Below are positions 53,601-62,600 of a stretch of DNA of 64,000 nucleotides, piece by piece; position 1 is the stretch's first letter, and each line of letters starts with the position of its first letter. Under the pieces are notes generated by a model. The model was not told where the DNA came from. It saw nothing but the letters and a program-made list of their open reading frames with translations, and ran no database searches. A program made the position numbers and the translations under genes. This DNA is from Antedon mediterranea. Taxonomy: Eukaryota; Animalia; Echinodermata. The stretch covers positions 14,370,795-14,434,794 of the forward strand of contig NC_092670.1 in NCBI RefSeq assembly GCF_964355755.1, written 5' to 3'.

Positions 53601-56600
53601 GTAATTTTTTTGAATTGTTATTTTTACCAAAAATTGCATAATTTTTTGATAATAAAACATCTGTTTCTTAAGGGAACTGTCATTGTTACAGAAATGTTTT
53701 ATTTTTTGTCATTGCATACTTTGATGCTTTTTACAATGCTGCTTTATTTCTGTTCTGATTTTTCAAATCTGTGTATATTTTACAGATAATTTCGAGCCAG
53801 TAATCTCAGGCTGTCCTGATAACCCTGTCATATCTAACACTGACCCTGGACAAGCAACTGGAACAGCCAACTGGACCGAACCTACAGCTTTTGACAATTC
53901 AGGTTATTTCTCCTGGGATATATCCCATCAACCACTGTCAACATTCCCAATTGGTGAAACATGGGTATCCTACAATGCAACAGACAATAGTGGTAACGCT
54001 GCTTACTGCTGGTTTGTTGTTGCTATTATTGGTAAGTATAAGATTTTTTTTTTAAGTTGGAAAGCTGGCGATATCATTTTGTGTTTGTCAAAACTGGATT
54101 AGAAAAAACAAAAACATTAAAGCTGAATAGTAGCAAGGGAACTCAAAATGGAAATATGACTCAACACAGGAACTCTTGTTTTTGGCCCTCGCTGCCAGCC
54201 AAACAGATAGTAAAGGGAATGAGACAGTTAAAATGACAGATTGATATATTTAGGCCTTCTAGCACTTTGTTCTGTCAACCACTCTCTGTTTTCAATCACA
54301 ATCAAGCAATAACAATTGTGTTTATTTACTTAACTTAAATTCAGCCGAACTAACTAAAAGTACCTGTTTTGTCATAATTTTTTTTATAACAGATACTGAA
54401 AATCCTGTGTTTATGAACTGTCCCATAAGTCCAATAGAAGTTTACACAAATGAAGGCCTAGCATATGCCAACGTGTCATGGGATGATCCTGAACCTATGG
54501 ACAATTCTGGCGTGTTTACTGTTATTCAAATGGACTACCCTGGCGATGGGTTTTATGTTGGTTTTTACAATGTGACGATAACAGCTGTAGATGAAGACGG
54601 TAACATTGGTATCTGCTCTTTTACTATTATTGTCGAAGGTAATTGTTAATTTGTGTGCTTATGTTTTATGGTTCAAGGTTCAATAACATTTATTAATAGA
54701 AAAAGTATGTAAAACAACAATAATAGTAGTAATAACACAAAGCAAAACAATAAGAAATAATCTGTTATGTTAAAAAGCAAAGACTTTTTTGTCATACTTT
54801 AATACTTTATTTCTTCTCTAATTTCAGATAATAAAGACCCAGAATTCAATTGCAACCTTACTTCTGTAACAGTCAATGTTGGTATGAACAGTTCTACTGC
54901 ACAAGCTGATTGGATATTAGAAGATGCTACTGATAATGTAGGCGTGGTTAGAATGACACAGAGTCACAACCAATCATATTATTTTGATATAGGCATGACT
55001 ATTGTTACGTACAACGCTTGGGATGAAGCTGGCAATGAGGGCTCATGTTCATTCTATGTAATTGTAATAGGTAATTATTTTAAAATTGTCATTTTTACAC
55101 AAACTTTCCTTTTTTTTATTGCATAATTAATAGACAATAAAACATCTGTGCCAGTGCTGTTTTCTGTCTGTTATGATTTTACAAATCTTTGTATATTTTA
55201 CAGATAATTTCGAGCCAGTAATCTCAGGCTGTCTTGATTACCCTGTCATGTCTAACACTGACCCTGGACAAGCAACTGGAACAGCAAACTGGACCGAACC
55301 CACAGCTTTTGACAATTCAGGTTATTTCTCTTGGGATATATCCCATCAACCACTGTCAACATTCCCAATTGGTGAAACATGGGTATCCTACAATGCAACA
55401 GACAATAGTGGTAATGCTGCTAACTGCTGGTTTGTTGTTGTTATTATTGGTATGTATATATAGTCATTGTTTTCCCTTTTGTTTAAATTTGGTAAGCTGG
55501 CACCATAATGGTTGTGCTAGCCTGTCTGTGTGTCTAAACTAGATTAGGGAAAACTAAAACATTACAAGCCAACAAATAGTGAGGGAACGCCAATAGACAT
55601 TTTGAGTCAACTTAAGAACTGTTCTATTTAGATTTTGTTGTTATATACTGTATTTCCACCTTCTGTTGATCAGACCTCCTCGAGACTAAGGCTGTGCCTT
55701 GTGAGAAGCCTCTGAGTGAATAAACTATAAACTATTGAATAAAAAAAAACTGTTGTTTTCTGCAGTTGCTGAAATAGCAACAGATGAAAACACTTGGAGT
55801 TTGTATGTGTGTGTGTGTTTAAATTACTCAGTAAATTTTCTTTTTCCCACAATGTTATATAATAAACATTCATATAAATAACTATTTTGACTAAAAGGAA
55901 CAACAGAATAATATATTTATCTAAGCAAACTAGTTCACTGTCACAAATCCACCAATTAGATATGCTAGTTAGAAGCCATGCACTACTACATAATCCATGT
56001 GTTATAGTGCATTTAACTGTGTGTTAAAACAGTCCTTATTTGTGAAATTCAAAAATGTTAATACAGTTGAAATTAAATGTTTGTAAAGTCCTTGTTTAGT
56101 CCTTGGTCTACCGATTTCCAGAAAACAGACATTATTTTATTAACTTAAACACTATAGATTAAATTAAAAAGACTAATTAAAAATAGTTTAAAAAACGAAG
56201 TTTAATTTTAATAGTACAATAAACCTATATTGATTTTTATTTTATTAAATGTGCATTGTTTTTTTTTTTTTAGACGACCAACCACCTGAATACAGCGGAT
56301 GCCCCTTTAGTCCAATAGTTGAACTGGTCCCTATGGGAATGTCAAATAGATCTGTATCATGGACAGAACCAACCGCCACAGATAATGTTGGAGTCTTCAA
56401 TGAGACATCCACTCACAGCCCTGGTGATGTCTTTGAAATTGGAACATTTACAGTGACTTATACAGTATTTGACGTCTTTGGGCTAAGCAGTACTTGTCGG
56501 TTTAATGTAACAGTGCAAGGTATTTACAGCCAGTTTTCTTAAATGATCATAACAAAGTTAAAGAAAAGACTTCCATATATGCTATAGTACAGTTCTATTA

Positions 56601-59600
56601 GTTTTTTTTCTACTAGGCTAATCTTTGTTCCTTGATCTTCCTTTTTAAAATAATTATCTCACAATTCTTGTTCTTTGATTTTCAGCCATTGTTAATACAA
56701 ACAAAATAAAAGTAATGTTTTTATCACAATATGTTTTTAAATTATATACAGATACTGAAAAACCAGTATTTCTGAACTGTCCAACATCTCCAATAGAAGT
56801 CTACATAAATGAAGGCCTAGCATATACCAATGTTTCGTGGGATGATCCTGAAGCTATGGACAATTCTGGCGTGTTTACTGTTACTCAAATGGACTACCCT
56901 GGTGACGGGTTTTATGTTGGTTTTCACAATGTGACAATAACAGCTGTAGATGAAGATGGTAACATTGGTATCTGCTCTTTTACTATTATTGTTGAAGGTA
57001 ATTAATTTGTGAGTTTATGCTTTACGGTTCAAGGTTCAATAACATTTATTAATTGAAATAATAATAATATGCCAATAGGAAATCAGTAATAGTAGTAATA
57101 ACAGAAAAGCAAAACAAAATGAAATAAAGAATTGTTTAGTTTATTTCTTCTCTAATTTCAGATAATGAAGACCCAGAATTCAATTGCAGCCTTACTTCTG
57201 TAACAGTCAATGTTGGTATGAACAGTTCTACTGCACAAGCTGATTGGATATTAGAAGATGCTACTGATAATGTAGGCGTGGTTAGAATGACACAGAGTCA
57301 CAACCAATCATATTACTTTGATATAGGCATGACTATGGTTACGTACAGTGCTTGGGATGAAGCTGGCAATGAGGGCTCATGTTCATTTAATATATTTGTA
57401 ATAGGTAATTTTTAAGAGAAATATCATTTTTAAAAAGAAAAAATACAATTTTTTTTTTGGACAAAATAACACGTGTTGTTGAAGTACTCTGTTGATACAT
57501 CCACTCTTTCTGTTCTAATTTTATAAATCTTTGATATTATTTTTCAGATAATTTCGAGCCAATAATCTCAGGCTGTCCTGAAAACCCTGTCATATCTAAC
57601 ACTGATTTTGGCCAAGCGACTGGAACAGCCAACTGGACGGAACCCACAGCTTTTGACAATTCAGGTTATTTCTCCTGGGATATATCCCATCAACCACTGT
57701 CAACATTCCCAATTGGTGAAACATGGGTATCCTACAATACAACAGACAATAGTGGTAACGCTGCTTACTGCTGGTTTGTTGTTGTTATTATTGGTATGTA
57801 TATATAGTCATTGTTTTCCCTTTTGTTTAAATTTGGTATAGGCTTTAATTTTGCTCTTTCCAAAAAGAGTTTTGAGGTTGTAAATCATATGCCATTGTTT
57901 TGTGTTTGTGTTTTTACTTTTAAAATAGGATTTCACAAAAATTGAATCAGTGTAGGTGAGAAAATCTAATGGAAACGATTCTCGAAATTAAACCTATAAA
58001 TTATAATCAAATCAGATGCCCACTGCTCAATAGTGCACTGTTGTAGTGCCAGTTGGGTCTAGCAAATATCAAAGCTGTTTCAATAGTTACTAAAACAATC
58101 CTCACGTTCAAAATGGAAGACATTTATTACCGTTAGGAATTCTAAATGTTATTTTTTTCCCACCAAAATCTAGACAACGAGGCTCCCAGAATTACTTGTC
58201 CTTCCAACATCACTATGGCTTCTGATCCTAATTCACCATCAGCAGTTGTGAATTGGATGGAACCAAATGTTATGGACAACGGTGAAGAGGTTATTGTTCC
58301 TGGTCAGTCCCATTCGACAGGAAGTACCTTTTCATTTGGTGAAACAATAGTTGTGTATACTGCAACTGATGCCTACAACAACACAGCAGTTTGCTCTTTT
58401 TATGTTTATATTTATGGTAAGTTTTAAATAATTTGGGACCGTTTTGACATTTTAGAGAGCAGAGGATTTTTAAACATGGCGATCTAGTCCACTCAGTGCT
58501 GCTCTTCATGGAACATTGTTACATTCCCATAAACTGTAATACGTTATAACAAAACAAACAACAAAATACTTTCAGATGATGAACTTCCAGTGTTTACTAA
58601 CTGCCCAACGTCTGCTGTCACAAATGTTCTTCTGATTGGTCAAGCATCTATGATAGTCAACTGGACTGACATTATAGCAACCGATAACGATGGCTCAAAC
58701 CCACTTGTGTCTTGTGAGCCTGAGGATGAGTCGAACTTTGATATTGGAACATTCTTGGTTACCTGTAATGCAATTGACATGGCAGGCTTGAATGCAATCT
58801 GTGAATTTGATGTTATCATTGCAGGTTAGTAGGTTTTCAAGACTCAAGTTTATTTACTTTACACATACATAGTGTATACAGTATCTAACACTAATAAGAT
58901 GGTTGTTGTTAGAAATTAGTATAATTGCTTTCTAGATTTTCTTACATGCCACTTAAACATGGGCATGTAAATGTGTAGTATGTTCTTTGCTTGATATAGA
59001 ACCTGATTATTCCTACGACAGTGGACGGTCAGGTTAAATGATTTTGGATAGGCTGGAAGAAATTTAAAGCACATGTTTTAGACCAATACACTAAATCACT
59101 ATACCTATATTTCAAATTTTTTCTCTATATTATTTTATCATTTAGAAAGGTCATCTAAATAAAAAAATTGCAAATACACAAAGCGACAACTAACACAGTT
59201 GGGTAGTGAGAGCAACACATTAAATAATGCATGTGTTTATTCATCTTATGAATATTTAATATAAATATAATATTAAAAATAAATAGATGAGGAGAATCCA
59301 GTTACACAATGCCCTGGAATGCAAATGGGGAATACCAATCCTGGACAACCAAACGGAAGTGTGTCATGGACAGTAACGGCTTCAGACAATTCTGGCAACT
59401 ATACAATTGAAGAAACCATAACGAGTGGAGCTTTGCTTCCAATTGGAAACCACATCAATTCGGTTACTGTGACTGATCCTAGTGGAAACCAAGATAGATC
59501 TTGTTTTATTCTAATTGTTATTGAAGGTAATTTATAGAGCGTCTAATTACCTCTTTCCATTTGAAAACTGAATTTTAATAATTTTATTGAGATTCATATT

Positions 59601-62600
59601 CATTTAATTAGTCTTTGTGGAAGGTCATGTCACAGGAATTTCTTTTTTGCTCTTAAGAAATAAGAAATTTACTGATTTTTAGGGACAATAACAAATACCA
59701 GACCTGTAATATACTGAAGGTGAGGTTGGCCTATGAGAATAAGAATTGCAACATTGCTGTGCAATGTTCTGTGCATATCCATTACACTTAATCACAAATT
59801 TTATATCATAAGTTACCACATCCCAACAAAGTATTACATTAGTGTGAGAATCAAATCAGTGCTATACTTCAGAGCTTCTCATCACAGCATCAGCTAACAT
59901 GTTTAGTGCAAGATTACAATTACTGGTACATTTTATTTTCATATTCTCAAAATGTTCTCAGCCGGCAATGTGTGGTTGGTGGAGTTTTGGTAAGACAGTT
60001 TTGAGAACATGAACCTATAGGCCTATGTGTAAACAATTGAGAGTTACATCAATGTATCCAGTATTCAGTTAAGAGAGACTGTTTTTTTTCTTTCTTTATT
60101 TCCATTCATCATACACAATCATAAACATACATAAATAAATCATAGTACAAAGACAAAAAAAAAAGAATGGAAAGAAGGAATCTCGTGATTAATTAAAACA
60201 GAGACCATGAAGAGCAGCATTTCTGTTTTAATAAATTTGATTATTTCTTTTCTAATTTAAGATAATGAAGACCCAGAATTCAATTGTAGCCTTCCTTCTG
60301 TAACAGTCTACGTCGGTATGAATAGTTCTACTACACAAGCTGATTGGATATTAGAAGATGCTACTGATAATGTAGGCGTGGTCAGAATGACAAAGAGTCA
60401 CAACCAATCATATTACTTTGATATAGGCATGACCATGGTTACGTACAACGCTTGGGATGAAGCTGGCAATGAGGGCTCATGTTCCTTCTATATAATTGTA
60501 ATAGGTAATATTTAAGAGAACTGTCATTTTTACCAAACATTTTTTTACATATTTTTGGTTTGCGTATTTTTTTGGACAAAATAACACATTTTGTTGATAC
60601 ATTCACTCCTTCTGTTTTTACACATCTGCAATAATATTTTACAGATAATTTTGAGCCAGTAATCTCAGGCTGTCCTGATAACCCTGTCATGTATAAAACT
60701 AACCCTGGCCAAGCAACTGGAACAGCCAACTGGACCGAACCTACAGCTTTTGACAATTCAGGTTATTTCTCCTGGGATATATCCCATCAACCACTGTCAA
60801 CATTCCCAATTGGTGAAACATTGGTATCCTACAATGCAACAGACAATAGTGGTAACACTGATTACTGCTTGTTTGTTGTTATTATTATTGGTAAGTATAG
60901 GCTTAAGTTTACCAATTCCAATAAAGTTGGAGCTGAAGCCATAATTTGTGGATGCAAGAATGTCTAGTCATTACATATCTCTCAGCCACGTTCCCGTTTT
61001 TTACTCACAATCAAATATTGAATATTACATTTAAACATCCTATTTAAATGTTGATCCTACTGTTTGAAATAGTAAATAAAGTACTTGTTTCTTTATCTTT
61101 TATGAAGATACTGAAAATCCTGTGTTTATGAACTGCCCCATAAGTCCAATAGAAGTTTACACAAATGAAAGCCTAGCATATGCCAACGTGTCATGGGATG
61201 ATCCTGAATCTATGGACAATTCTGGCGTGTTTACTGTTACTCAAGTGGACTACCCTGGTGACGGGTTTTATGTTGGTTTTCACAATGTGACAATAACAGC
61301 TGTAGATGAAGATGGTAACATTGGTATCTGCTCTTTTACTATTATTGTTGAAGGTAAACTTTAAATTTGTATATTTATTTTTTTAAACGAAGCAAAAGTT
61401 CATATACAATCCAAGATTCTAGCACAACACTTTGCAACATTAATTAATAATTCTTTCTTTTTTCTGAGTTAGCATTTGTGGGTAGCCATGAATATTAAAA
61501 TAACCAGTCCAGTGGGTTTCCTACAGTAATAGTACTGAATTCAATAAATAGATGCCAGAACAAATAATATTTTAGGAATAACTTTTCTGACAATAATTTC
61601 TTTGTAAGCTCACCGAAAGTGAACTTATTACAAAGTTCTAAAGTAATACGTTAAAAAACAAGGACTGTGATGATTAGCATTTTGTAATAATAATTTTGTT
61701 TATTTCTTATTTAATGTCAGATAATGAAGACCCAGAATTCAATTGTAGCCTTCCTTCTGTAACAGTCTACGTCGGTATGAACAGTTCTACTACACAAGCT
61801 GATTGGATATTAGAAGATGCTACTGATAATGTAGGCGTGGTTAGAATGACACAGAGTCACAACCAATCATATTACTTTGATATAGGCATGACTATGGTTA
61901 CGTACAACGCTTGGGATGAAGCTGGCAACAAGGGCTCATGTTCATTCAATATATTTGTAATAGGTAATTGTTAGTTTTGGGGAAAAAAAATATTTTGATG
62001 CAACCAGTGCTGCTTTCTTTCTGTTTTGATTTTACAAATCTGTGTATATTTTACAGATAATTTCGAGCCAGTAATCTCAGGCTGTCCTGATAACCCTGTG
62101 ATATCTAACACTGACCCTGGCCAAGCAATTGGAACAGCCAACTGGACAGAACCCACAGCTTTTGACAATTCAGGTTATTTCTCCTGGGATATATCCCATC
62201 AACCACTGTCAACATTCCCAATTGGTGAAACATGGGTATCCTACAATGCAACAGACAATAGTGGTAACGCTGCTTACTGCTGGTTCGTTGTTGTTGTTAT
62301 TGGTAAGTAATTTTACCCTTTCAATAAAGTTTGTTAAGCTGGTGCCACCATATTTATGTTCGTCCATCTGTGTTTCCAAATGTCAAGGAATTGACCTGGC
62401 TAACGTAAACCAGGTAAAAATATGAAATGGGGTGTGAAACACTTTAAAAATATCATATAAATAAAAACTTCAGCAAGTTATTGTTTTTCTAAAAAAATAT
62501 GGTTGTCTCTAATTAACCAATCAAATATGTCCCATCTCCTGTTCAGCCAAGATCTAATGACTCATCCATTTCTAGCAAGTCTTCGTGTATTGTGGGTATC

